Positions 26,271-38,800 of a DNA stretch of 64,000 nt are shown here, piece after piece. A program made the position numbers and the translations under genes. Source of the stretch: Eledone cirrhosa (Eukaryota); NCBI GenBank assembly GCA_964016885.1, contig OZ024754.1, positions 16,492,001-16,556,000 on the forward strand. Reading direction: 5' to 3'. Under the pieces are notes generated by a model. That model saw only the letters and a list, made by a program, of their open reading frames with translations, did no database searches and was not told where the DNA came from. Each line of letters begins with the position of its first letter. Position 1 is the stretch's first letter.

Positions 26271-26819
26271 AGCCTCTTTTCTACTGAATCAACTAACCAA
26301 TGCTTAATGAAGCTAACACACCTTACATCATAATACCTGAGCTTCCCACACTGACCCTATATTCAGTGTTACTAAAGGTAATGAACTGGTTGGAGCTCTG
26401 CAAATTCTACACTGACTACATTTGGTTACAAATATGCTAACTGGGTGCTCTAAATCCTCCTAGATATGTTTCTGTCACATCAATCATCACTGAAAGTCTG
26501 TTTTCTCTGCTAATACTTTATTAGAGTCATTGACCTCTCAGATAGGTTGGGATGTGGTTGGGGTGGGGTGTCAGTATCTCATTTACATATGTTCCCACAC
26601 TCTACATAAATAAAAACTACTTACAACATCTAAAAAAAATTGATGAAGATAGTTATAAACAACCACTTACCTTGTTACCCCAGTTTTCTCTCATATCTCT
26701 CTATGCTTCTGTAGTGCCAGTTCTATTAGAGACTAACACTGGTAATATAGGGCTTGAGAGGACTCTTCAGTCTGGACGAATATGTGATAACCTCTCTTGT
26801 ATTAGTGTCACAAGAAATT

Positions 26820-27086
26820 GCACCCTGTAAAGTCGTGACGTTGGTGTCACAATAATTTACACCCTGTAAAGTGGTGGTGTTGGTGTCACAAAAATACGCC
26901 CAACATACCTTGTAAGGTGGTTTTCATTAGGAAGGGTATACAGTCGTAGAACCCATGCCAAATATAGAATGTAACAAGTAAGATTGATCACTCCAACCTG
27001 TTTGGTCTCAGACTACGACAACCTGTCCAACCCATGCTAGAATGGAAAGCTGGCATAAAATGACGATGATGATGATGATGATGATG
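26820..27086 (+). mobile_element. RTE/SINE 3' tail remnant
   Basis: ttaggaagggtatacagtcgtagaa...aacccatgctag...(GAT)n. Confidence 0.7.
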
Positions 27087-27127
27087 TCAAACTAAGAAAT
27101 CATTATAATCATTTAAAATATTGTCTA

Positions 27128-27746
27128 TTTTCCTGTGCTGTGCTATACCTCAAGGGTTTTCCTCAATACACTGTCTGGAATATACTATATTCTCCTGTGC
27201 TATACCTCAAGGGTCTTCCTAGATACACTGTCTGGAATATACTATATTCTCCTGTGCTATACCTCAAGGGTCTTCCTAGATATACTGTCTGGAATATACT
27301 ATATTCTCCTGTGCTATACCTCAAGGGTGTTCCTAGATACACTGTCTGGAATATACTATATTCTCCTGTGCTATACCTCAAGGTCTTCCTAGATATACTG
27401 TCTGGAATATACTATATTCTCCTGTGCTATACCTCAAGGGTTTTCCTAGATATACTGTCTGGAATATACTATATTCTCCTGTGCTATACCTCAAGGGTCT
27501 TCCTCAATACACTGTCTGGAATATACTATATTCTCCTGTGCTATACCTCAAGGGTCTTCCTAGATACACTGTCTGGAATATACTATATTCTCCTGTGCTA
27601 TACCTCAAGGGTCTTCCTAGATATACTGTCTGGAATATACTATATTATCCTGTGCTATACCTCAAGGGTCTTCCTCAATACACTGTCTGGAATATACTAT
27701 ATTCTCCTGTGCTATACCTCAAGGGTCTTCCTAGATATACTGTCTG
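27128..27746. repeat. 57-bp minisatellite, about 11 copies
   Basis: Unit tattctcctgtgctatacctcaagggtcttcctagatacactgtctggaatatacta; gives the 19-aa periodicity in the ORF track. Confidence 0.95.
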
Positions 27747-28048
27747 AAAATAGTTGGGCTGGTTACATGTGGCATGTCTTTGATTATAGTCAAAGATCTA
27801 TAATTATAGGTCTGTTCTGTCTCTTTCTACAACTTTTCAAAATAATGAAATGATATACTGGTAGATATTGTAATTTTTGATAAAGTATGTCTGTACAGTT
27901 AGGGTGGTCACGACTGGGGAGCCCTTTTTAATAGATTTTCTCAGTCAATATTAAACTAGAGCTAAACAGCAACAGTAATGATAATTGTTAACCCTGTGTC
28001 AATTTCAGTGTTTCAGAGAATATTTTGGAAATTGAATGTTGACAAAAT

Positions 28049-28267
28049 AGTGAAGCAACAGACTTCAATATAGAAATGGCTTCTACAGGACTAGAACTGT
28101 TTCATTTGTATAAAATCATCAGGATTGCATTCCTGATGATTTCATATGAATGAAACAGTTCTAGTCCTGTAGAAGCCATTTCTATATTAAATTTTGTTGC
28201 TTTCACTCTACTAATGTATTGAGTCCTTTATTTACTGTGGTTACCCTTAATATAACTTGGGATCTAC

Positions 28268-28268
<1 letters not shown>
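28049..28268 (+). mobile_element. Fold-back hammerhead-like element, copy 3
   Basis: Inverted arms at 28049-28207. Plus arm CTGATGA-t-ttc[atat]gaa-t-GAAAC; minus arm CTGATGA-t-ttt[atac]aaa-t-GAAAC. Same tail as copies 1 and 2. Confidence 0.8.
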
Positions 28269-28302
<34 letters not shown>

Positions 28303-28584
28303 CAGGTTTAGCAAATAATGAAAAAGTTTCAAAATAAATTTTAAAAAATTGACTTTACTTACTATAGTTACCTTTACCGAATCGGTTTCGAATCTCAAAA
28401 ATAAACGGAGACCATACGGCCTTCGTTGCAAAGAAAGATTCTCGTCAGAAGGTTCTTTTCATTCGAAGAATATAAAATTCTTGAATTTAAATTACGAACT
28501 AGCGCTATCCAAAACTGTTCCCGAGATGAGGGTAAATGAAGTGGAATCGAAGTTGTAGCCGCACTATATATATATATATATATA

Positions 28585-29169
28585 TCATCATCATCATCGT
28601 TTAACATCCATCTTCCATGCTAGCATGGGTTAGACGGGTTTGTCCCATTTAGAGGCAACTGGGGTCGGATGACCGTGTCTCGCTCATATAACTGGTTTTC
28701 TACGGCTGGATGCCCTTCCTAGCATCAGCCACATTTATAGTGTGTGCTGGGTGTTTTTTGTCATGATACCTACACAACCTACACAACCACTTACAGAATG
28801 GGCTGGATGTTTTGTGGTACCAACGTAACTCACACACACACACATATATATATATATACATATATATACACATATATATCATGATAATGATATATATATA
28901 TATTTGTGTGTATATACATTTATCATCTTCACCTCCGTCTTGCATTCATTTTCCACATTAGCATGGGTTAGACAGGTTGTCCTGTTTTCGGCAATGCTAG
29001 GTCAGGTGACCATGTCTTGTTCATACAGGACTGATTCTGGCTTGTTTCTACAGCAGGATGCCCTTCCTAATGCCAACCTCATTTACAGTAAGTACTGGGT
29101 GCTTTTTGTCGTGACACCTGCACAACCACTTATATATATAATAGATATAAATCGAAGTTGTAGCCGCAC

Positions 29170-29200
<31 letters not shown>

Positions 29201-29540
29201 CCCCGTCCCACTACCCCCCCCCATCCACCCCCCCCCTCGATGTAAAGTTATGTTGGTACCACAACAACCCCTAAATAAATGAGGTCGTGTAGGTGTCACG
29301 ACAAAAAAAAAACACAGTCCACGCTGTAATGTGGCCGTGTAGGTAACACGGTAAAAACCTCCCAGTCCACACTGTAAACGTGGTTGGTGTTAGGAAGGGC
29401 ATCCAGCCGTAGAAAACCCGCCAGACAATCCTATACGAGCAAGACAACCAATCTTGCCTCAAGTGGGAAAATTCCCGTCCAAATCCATGCTAGCGTGGAA
29501 GATCGACGTTAAACGATGATGATGATGATGATGATGATAT
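28585..29540. mobile_element. Cluster of three RTE 3'-UTR fragments (28585-28830 -, 28935-29130 -, 29200-29540 +)
   Basis: Each carries ggatgcccttccta or its complement and catgctagcatggg-type ends. The third closely matches 13295-13645. Confidence 0.8.
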
Positions 29541-29589
29541 ATATATCATCATCATTTTACGTCTGCTTTTCCCTGCTTGCAATATATAT

Positions 29590-30670
29590 ATGAGGAATTC
29601 CAGATACAAGTAGGAGTACATCAGGGTTCGGTCCTCAGCCCGCTCTTGTTCATTATAGTCCTCCAAGCCATAACAGAGGAGTTTAAGACTGGCTGTGCAT
29701 GGGAACTTCTTTATGCTGATGATCTGGTTCTTATAGCAGAATCAGTAGAGGAGCTAGAGAATAAATTCTGGCTATGGAAACAGCAGTTGGAAGCAAGAGG
29801 ACTGAGAGTGAACCTAGCTAAGACAAAAGTGTTGATGAGTAGAAAAGAGGACAAAACTCTGATTCCATGAGGCAAATGGCCATGTTCCGTATGCAGAAAA
29901 GGAACTGGCATAAATTCTATAAAATGCACACAATGCAGATCTTGGGTACACAAGAGATGTAGCGGGATAGCAGGCAAACTAACAGGTAGGGAAAAATACG
30001 TATGCAGTAGATGTACAGGGAAATTTGACAGTAAAAGTCACATTGATAGACACATTTTTCAAATGCAGGTAGGATCTATAGAAGTGGTTGATAGCTTCTG
30101 ATACCTAGGTTATCAGATTAACAAAGGAGGAGGGTACTCCAAGGCCATAGTATATAGAATAAGGATGGGTTGGAAGAAGTTTAGGGAGCTGCTTCCTCTA
30201 TTGACAAAGAAGGGTATTTTACGAACGAAAGGCCGGTTATATGATGCCTGTGTGAGATGCGTGATGCTGCATGATAGTGAGACATGGGCAGCAACTGCGG
30301 AGGATATGCAATGGCTGGAGAGAAATGAAGCAAGCATGCTCTGTTGGATGTGCAATGACAATGTGCCTGAACTTCCAAGTTGAGAGAGAAACTGTGTATA
30401 AGAGGGATAAGTTGTAGTGTGTGGGAGAGAAGACTGAGATGGTATGGACATGTGATGCGCATGGAGGATGACCACTGGGTAAAGAAGTGCCAAGAAATCC
30501 CAGTGGAAGGAAGACGAAGTAGAGGACGACCGCGAAAATCGTGGGCGGAGGTGGTGAGAGCTGACCTCAGATCACTGAAGCTCACAGAGGAGATGATGAA
30601 GGACTGTGCTGAATAGGACCCGCATCTTTCCCTTACAAGCAGGGAAAAGCGGACTTAAAATGATGATGAT
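29590..30670 (+). mobile_element. 5'-truncated RTE LINE (RT to C-terminus)
   Basis: VGVHQGSVLSP, LYADD, GWKKFRELLP, LHDSETW, WYGHV, GRPRKSW; stops present. Confidence 0.92.
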
Positions 30671-30980
30671 ATACACACACACATTCATACACGTGGTGTA
30701 TTATTACGATTGTTGATTATATCTGTAGGAAATTTCTAAACCACTTTTTTTTTTCAATTCTCTTAATTTCATTTTTGCTGTCCTAACTAATTTTCTCATT
30801 GGGTAAATTAAGATTTCATTACATTTTCAGCTTTTATTTCTTTACATTAATGGAACTGAACATTTTAGGTATAGGGGAGATAACTCTAAATAATATTATT
30901 TGTCTAATTAGAGTAGTTTCCCCTTGGACGGTTTTCAGAATGTCGAAGCAACAGTTATGACACTCCTATGAATAATAATA

Positions 30981-31136
30981 CCGTATTTCCCGGCGCTGAA
31001 GACACTTCGTCCTCGAGGACGACATCCAAAAATTTGAAAAAAAAATAATAAACAAACTTCGGCCTATAGGACGTATGGTAGATTTTTGAGACTTATCTTA
31101 GGAAAAAAGTAGCGTGTTCAACGCCGGGAAATATGG
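30981..31136. mobile_element. 156-bp Tc1/mariner-pogo-type MITE
   Basis: TA-ccgtatttcccggcg ... cgccgggaaatatgg-TA: 15-bp TIR with one mismatch and TA on both sides. Confidence 0.8.
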
Positions 31137-31477
31137 TAATTAAGAATTCCGAAAGCTCAATAAATATAAATATCTGACTATATAATGTCAGTGATATTCG
31201 GTACGCTTGGAATGATTCCTGGAAAGCCATCTCTGCTAGAGATATAGTGTTGACTTACGCTGTCTATGTCTTGGGAAGGGTGCAAGAAACTTTCCTGTAG
31301 CACATGTCCACTCAGATGGCAAATGGCATTTATACCTGTAATTAAAGCTACCGAATCTCCCTCAGAACTGCATTAAATGTGCACTCGTATGGGGAATGCT
31401 CAGCCACTTACACATTAATTTCATTACCAAGCAGTTCTGTTGATTGAACAAACTGGGGCATTTCTTGTTAAAAAAAT

Positions 31478-32310
31478 TATTGTTGGAAGTGTGTGGGTAT
31501 ATTTAATTGTTGGAAGTGTGTGTGTATATTTTAATTGGTAGAAGTGTGTGTATATTTTAATTGGTAGAAGTGTGTGTATACATTTTAATTGTTGGAAGTG
31601 TGTATATATTTTAATTGTTGGAAGTGTGTGTGTATATTTTAATTGTTGGAAGTGTGTGTATACATTTTAATTGTTGGAAGTGTGTATATATTTTAATTGT
31701 TGGAAGTGTGTGTGTATATTTTAATTGGTAGAAGTGTGTGTATACATTTTAATTGTTGGAAGTGTGTATATATTTTAATTGTTGGAAGTGTGTGTGTATA
31801 TTTTAATTGGTAGGAGTGTGTGTATACATTTTAATTGTTGGAAGTGTGTATATATTTTAATTGTTGGAAGGGTGTGTATATATTTTAATTGGTAGGAGTG
31901 TGTGTATACATTTTAATTGTTGGAAGTGTGTATATACTTTAATTGTTGGAAGGGTGTGTATATATTTTCATTGTTGGAAGTGTGTGTATATATTTTAATT
32001 GTTGGAAGGGTGTGTATATATTTTCATTGTTGGAAGTGTGTGTGTATATTTTAATTGGTAGGAGTGTGTGTATACATTTTAATTGTTGGAAGTGTGTGGG
32101 TATATTTAATTGTTGGAAGTGTGTGTGTATATTTTAATTGTTGGAAGTGTGTGTATACATCTAATCGTTAGAAGTGTGTGTATATATTTAATTGTTGGAA
32201 GTGTGTGTGTGTGTATTTAATCATTGGAAATGTGTGTATATATTTAATTGGAAGTGTGTGTATATATGTCTAATTGTTGGAAGTGAGTGTGTATATATTT
32301 AATTGTTGAA

Positions 32311-32374
<64 letters not shown>

Positions 32375-32492
32375 ATTGATTGGAAGTGTGTGTGTGTGTG
32401 TATTTAATCGTTGCAAATGTGTGTATATATTTAATTGTTGGAAGTGTGTGTATATATGTCTAATTGTTGGAAGTTTGTATGTATATATTTAA
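31478..32492. repeat. ~28-30-bp minisatellite (ttaattgttggaagtgtgtgtatatatt)
   Basis: More than 30 imperfect tandem copies. Confidence 0.95.
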
Positions 32493-32514
32493 ATGATAGA
32501 CTTTATTTGCATTA

Positions 32515-33060
32515 GTGGAATAGGTGGAGCATCAAACAAGGCTTCGTGGTATTTAGTTACAACTTTTCTATGTTCTAGGTTCAACTCCTGCCATGCTCAA
32601 CTTTGCTTTTCATCCTTCTGGGGTCAATAAAAAAGAGTACCAGTAAAATATTGGGTTGATATAATCTACTTTTGCTTCCCACCTCGGTTAGCTTTGCTTT
32701 CATCCTTACATGGTTGATAAGATAAAGTCCTGATAACACACTGGAGTTGATTTAATTGATTTTCCCCTCTCCACAAATTTGTGGGCTTTGTGCCTAAACC
32801 AGAAACCATTATTAAGTGTTGTAAGGGCAGTGGATTGGCAGCAAAAGGTACAGCGTTGGACACCGCATTTTACAGCATAGAGTTAGGACCCTTTGTGTTC
32901 TGATTTCAAACCCTGTCGTGGTTAGCTTTGCCTTTCATCCTTGCAGGGTCTGTAAAAATAAAGTACCAGTAATGCACTGGAGTTGATTTAATCAACTTTC
33001 CCCCTTCTCCATCCCTAAAAAATTGCTGGCCTTGTGCTTAAATTAGAAACCATTATTATT
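32515..33060 (+). mobile_element. Three tandem degenerate SINE family B copies
   Basis: Core ctttgc.tttcatcctt...aagtaccag at about 32600, 32690 and 32925. Confidence 0.75.
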
Positions 33061-33146
33061 GGTTTACCTATTTAAAATATCAGTTTGTTATTTCAGGTTA
33101 AGCCTTCTATCTATTCTTCAGCCATCTGGAATTATCTAGAATTATC

Positions 33147-35534
33147 TGGTAGAGACATAGAGAGACACAATGATGTCTTAACTGATGTTAGAGAGACACA
33201 AAGATGTCTTAACTGATGGTAGAGAGACACAAGGATGTCTTAACTGATGGTAGAGAGACACAATGATGTCTTAACTGATGTTAGAGAGACACAAAGATGT
33301 CTTAACTGATGGTAGAGAGACACAATGATGTCTTAACTGATGTTAGAGAGACACAATGATGTCTTAACTGATGGTAGAGAAACACAATGATGTCTTAACT
33401 GATGGGAGAGAGACACAATGATGTCTTAACTGATGGTAGAGAGACACAATGATGTCTTAACTGATGGTAGAGAGACACAATGATGTCTTAACTGATGGCA
33501 GAGAGACACAATGATGTCTTAACTGATGGTAGAGAGACACAATGATGTCTTAACTGATGGTAGAGAGACCCAATGATGTCTTAACTGATGGTAGAGAGAC
33601 ACAATGATGTCTTAACTGATGGTAGAGAGACACAATGATGTCTTAACTGATGGCAGAGAGACACAATGATGTCTTAACTGATGGTGGAGAGACAATGATG
33701 TCTTAATTGATGGTAGAGAGACACAATGATGTCTTAACTGATGGTAGAGAGACACAATGATGTCTTAACTGATGGTAGAGAGACACAATGATGTCTTAAC
33801 TGATGGTGGAGAGACAATGATGTCTTAACTGATGGCAGAGAGACACAATGATGTCTTAACTGATGGTGGAGAGACAATGATGTCTTAACTGATGGTAGAG
33901 AGACACAATGATGTCTTAACTGATGGTAGAGAGACACAAAGATGTCTTAACTGATGGTAGAGAGACACAATGATGTCTTAACTGATGTTAGAGAGACACA
34001 AAGATGTCTTAACTGATGGTAGAGAGACACAAAGATGTCTTAACTGATGGTAGAGAGACACAATGATGTCTTAACTGATGGTAGAGAGAAACAATGATGT
34101 CTTAACTGATGGTAGAGAGACACAATGATGTCTTAACTGATGGTAGAGAGACACAATGATGTCTTAACTGATGGCAGAGAGACACAATGATGTCTTAACT
34201 GATGGCAGAGAGACACAATGATGTCTTAACTGATGGTAGAGAGACACAATGATGTCTTAACTGATGGCAGAGAGACACAATGATGTCTTAACTGATGGTA
34301 GAGAGACACAATGATGTCTTAACTGATGGCAGAGAGACACAATGATGTCTTAACTGATGGTGGAGAGACAATGATGTCTTAACTGATGGTAGAGAGACAC
34401 AATGATGTCTTAACTGATGGTAGAGAGACACAATGATGTCTTAACTGATGGCAGAGAGACACAATGATGTCTTAACTGATGGTGGAGAGACAATGATGTC
34501 TTAATTGATGTTAGAGAGACACAATGATGTCTTAACTGATGGTAGAGAGACACAATGATGTCTTAACTGATGGCAGAGAGACACAATGATGTCTTAACTG
34601 ATGGTGGAGAGACAATGATGTCTTAACTGATGGTAGAGAGACACAATGATGTCTTAACTGATGGTAGAGAGACACAAAGATGTCTTAACTGATGGTAGAG
34701 AGACACAATGATGTCTTAACTGATGTTAGAGAGACACAAAGATGTCTTAACTGATGGTAGAGAGACACAATGATGTCTTAACTGATGGCAGAGAGACACA
34801 ATGATGTCTTAACTGATGGTAGAGAGACACAATGATGTCTTAACTGATGGCAGAGAGACACAATGATGTCTTAACTGATGGCAGAGAGACACAATGATGT
34901 CTTAACTGATGGTAGAGAGACACAATGATGTCTTAACTGATGGTAGAGAGACACAATGATGTCTTAACTGATGGCAGAGAGACACAATGATGTCTTAACT
35001 GATGGTAGAGAGACACAATGATGTCTTAACTGATGGTAGAGAGACACAATGATGTCTTAACTGATGGTAGAGAGACACAATGATGTCTTAACTGATGGTA
35101 GAGAGACCCAATGATGTCTTAACTGATGGCAGAGAGACACAATGATGTCTTAACTGATGGTAGAGAGACACAATGATGTCTTAATTGATGGTAGAGAGAC
35201 ACAATGATGTCTTAACTGATGGTAGAGAGACCCAATGATGTCTTAACTGATGGCAGAGAGACACAATGATGTCTTAACTGATGGTAGAGAGACACAATGA
35301 TGTCTTAACTGATGGTAGAGAGACACAATGATGTCTTAACTGATGGTAGAGAGACACAATGATGTCTTAACTGATGGCAGAGAGACACAATGATGTCTTA
35401 ACTGATGGCAGAGAGACACAATGATGTCTTAACTGATGGTAGAGAGAAACAAAGATGTCTTAACTGATGGTAGAGAGACCCAATGATGTCTTAACTGATG
35501 GTAGAGAGACACAATGATGTCTTAACTGATGGTA
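33147..35534. repeat. 31-bp minisatellite, about 77 copies
   Basis: Unit gatggtagagagacacaatgatgtcttaact, highly homogeneous, with a 29-bp variant. Confidence 0.97.
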
Positions 35535-35807
35535 GCGGGGTCGGTGAGGCAGAGGTGGGGATGGGAGGAGTTATGGTGGGGGTATCAACCAAATATGTCT
35601 ATATATGATACTTTACTCGGTTTAATCAACTATGACTCTTGCTAAACAAATTTCAGGAGTGTCTCCTCCAGGAAAATCAATAGATCAATTTATTGATTTA
35701 TGTGTGTGTGGAGGTGGGGATACAAATATATTAGTGAAGGGTGACTGAAGCATTGGTGCATTCTTTGAATTGTTACTGCAAAATGAGTTTCTGTAATGAA
35801 ACCTAGA

Positions 35808-38800
35808 TCTCTCTCTCTCTCCTCTCCTATCTCTCCCCCCATCTCTCTCTCCTATCACTCCCCCCATCTCTCTCTCACTCCTATCTCTCCCCCCATCTCT
35901 TCCTCTCCTATCTCTCCCCCCATGTCTTCCTCTCCTATCTCTCCCCCCATCTCTCTCTCTCCTATCTCTCCCCCATCTCCCTCTCTCTCCTATCTCTTCC
36001 CCCATCTCTCTCGCTCTCCTATCTCTCCCCCATCTCTCTCTCTCCTATCTCTCCCCCCATCTCTCTCTCTCCTATCTCTCCCCCCATCTCTCTCTCTCCT
36101 ATCTCTCCCCCATCTCTCTCTCTCCTATCTCTCCCCCATCTCTTCCTCTCCTATCTCTCCCCATCTCTCTCTCCTATCTCTCCCCCCATCTCTCTCTCCT
36201 ATCTCTCCCCATCACTCTCTCTCTCCTAACTCTCCCCCATCTCTCTCTCTCCTATCTCTCCTCCATCTCTCTCTCTCCTATCTCTCCCCCATCTCTTCCT
36301 CTCCTATCTCTCCCCCTATCTCTTCCTCTCCTATCTCTCCCCCCATCTCTCTCTCTCCTATCTCTCCCCCATCTCTTCCTCTCCTATCTCTCCCCCAATC
36401 TCTCTCTCTCCTATCTCTCCCCCATCTCCCTCTCTCCTATCTCTCCCCCATCTCCCTCTCTCTCCTCTCTCTTCCCCCATCTCTCTCTCTCCTATCTCTC
36501 CCCCATCTCTATCTCTCCCCCCCATCTCTCTCTCTTATCTCTCCCCCCCATCTCTCTCTCTTATCTCTCCCCCCATCTCTCTCTCTTATCTCTCCCCCCA
36601 TCTCTCTCTCCCTCCTATCTCTCTCTCCCTCCTATCTCTCCCCCATCTCTCTCTCCTATCTCTCCCCCATCTCTCTCTCTTATCTCTCCCCCCATCTCTC
36701 TCTCCCTCCTATCTCTCTCCCTCCTATCTCTCCCCCATCTCTCTCTCCTATCTCTCCCCCATCTCTCTCTCCTATCTCTCCCCCCATCTCTCTCTCTCCT
36801 ATCTCTCCCCCATCTCTCTCTCTTATCTCTCCCCCCATCTCTCTCTCCCTCCTATCTCTCCCCCCATCTCTTCTTCTCCTATCTCCCCCCTTCTCTCACT
36901 CTCCTATCTCTCCCACCATCTCTTCCTCTCCTATCTCTCCCCCATCTCTTCCTCTCCTATCTCTCCCCCCATCTCTTCCTCTCCTATCTTTCCCCCATCT
37001 CTCCCTCTCCTATCTCTCCCTCTCCTATCTCTCCCTCTCCTATCTCTCCCTATCTCTCCCTCTCCTACCCCTCCCCCATCTCTCTCTCCTACCCCTCCCC
37101 CATCTCTCTCTCCCCCCCTCCCCCATCTCTCTCTCTTATCTCTCCCCCCCATCTCTCTCTCCCTCCTATCTCTCCCCCCATCTCTCTCTCTCCTATCTCT
37201 CCCCCATCTCTCTCTCTTATCTCTCCCCCCATCTCTCTCTCCCTCCTATCTCTCCCCCCATCTCTTCTTCTCCTATCTCCCCCCTTCTCTCCCTCTCCTA
37301 TCTCTCCCACCATCTCTTCCTCTCCTATCTCTCCCCCCATCTCTTCCTCTCCTATCTCTCCCCCCATCTCTTCCTCTCCTATCTCTCCCCCATCTCTCCC
37401 TCTCCTATCTCTCCCCATCTCTCCCTCTCCTACCCCTCCCCCATCTCTCTCTCCTACCCCTCCCCCATCTCTCTCTCCTACCCCTCCCCCATCTCTCTCT
37501 CTTATCTCTCCCCCATCTCTCCCTCTCCTATCTCTCCCTCTCCTATCTCTCCCCCCTCTCTCCCTCTCCTATCTCTCCCCCCATCTCTTCCTCTCCTATC
37601 TCTCCCCCATCTCTTCCTCTCCTATCTCTCCCCCATCTCTCCCTCTCCTATCTCTCCCCCATCTCTCCCTCTCCTATCTCTCCCCCATCTCTCCCTCTCC
37701 TATCTCTCCCCCATCTCTTCCTCTCCTATCTCCCCCTTCTCTCCCTCTCCTATCTCTCCCACCATCTCTTCCTCTCCTATCTCTCCCCCATCTCTTCCTC
37801 TCCTATCTCTCCCCCATCTCTCCCTCTCCTATCTCTCCCCCCATCTCTTCCTCTCCTATCTCTCTCCTTCTCTCTTCCTCCCCTATCTCTCCCCCATCTC
37901 TTCCTCTCCTATCTCTCCCCCCACCATCTCTTCCTCTCCTATCTCTCCCCCATCTCTCCCTCTCCTATCTCTCCCCCATCTCTTCCTCTCCTATCTCCCC
38001 CTTCTCTCCCTCTCCTATCTCTCCCACCATCTCTTCCTCTCCTATCTCTCCCCCATCTCTCCCTCTCCTATCTCTCCCTCTCCTATCTCTCCCACCATCT
38101 CTTCCTCTCCTATCTCTCCCCCATCTCTCCCTCTCCTATCTCTCCCCCCATCTCTTCCTCTCCTATCTCCCCCCTTCTCTCCCTCTCCTATCTCTCCCAC
38201 CATCTCTCCCTCTCCTATCTTCCCCCTTCTCTCCCTCTCCTATCTCTCCCCCCACCATCTCTTCCGCTCCTATCTCTCCCCCATCTCTCCCTCTCCTATC
38301 TCTCCCACCATCTCTTCCCCTCCTATCTCTCCCCCATCTCTCCCTCTCCTATCTCTCCCACCATCTCTTCCTCTCCTATCTCTCCCCCCATCTCTTCCTC
38401 TCCTATCTCTCCCACCATCTCTCCCTCTCCTATCTTCCCCCTTCTCTCCCTCTCCTATCTCTCCCCCACCATCTCTTCCTCTCCTATCTCTCCCCCATCT
38501 CTCCCTCTCCTATCTCTCCCCCCATCTCTTCCTCTCCTATCTCTCCCACCATCTCTCCCTCTCCTATCTTCCCCCTTCTCTCCCTCTCCTATCTCTCCCC
38601 CCACCATCTCTTCCTATCCTATCTCTCCCCCATCTCTCCCTCTCCTATCTCTCCCCCCTTCTCTCCCTCTCCTATCTCTCCCCCCACCATCTCTTCCTCT
38701 CCTATCTCTCCCCCATCTCTCCCTCTCCTATCTCTCCCTCCATCTCTTCCTCTCCTATCTCCCCCCTTCTCTCCCTCTCCTATCTCTCCCCCCATCTCTT

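Noticed and set aside
26670-26790. Minus-strand exon ending at a strong GTAAGT donor
   Set aside because: Stops in all three frames just upstream; no support for coding.
33147-35534. CRISPR-like array or tandem C/D-box snoRNAs (atgatg...ctga)
   Set aside because: There are no unique spacers or cas genes, the context is eukaryotic, and the box-like motifs are too close together. It is a plain minisatellite.
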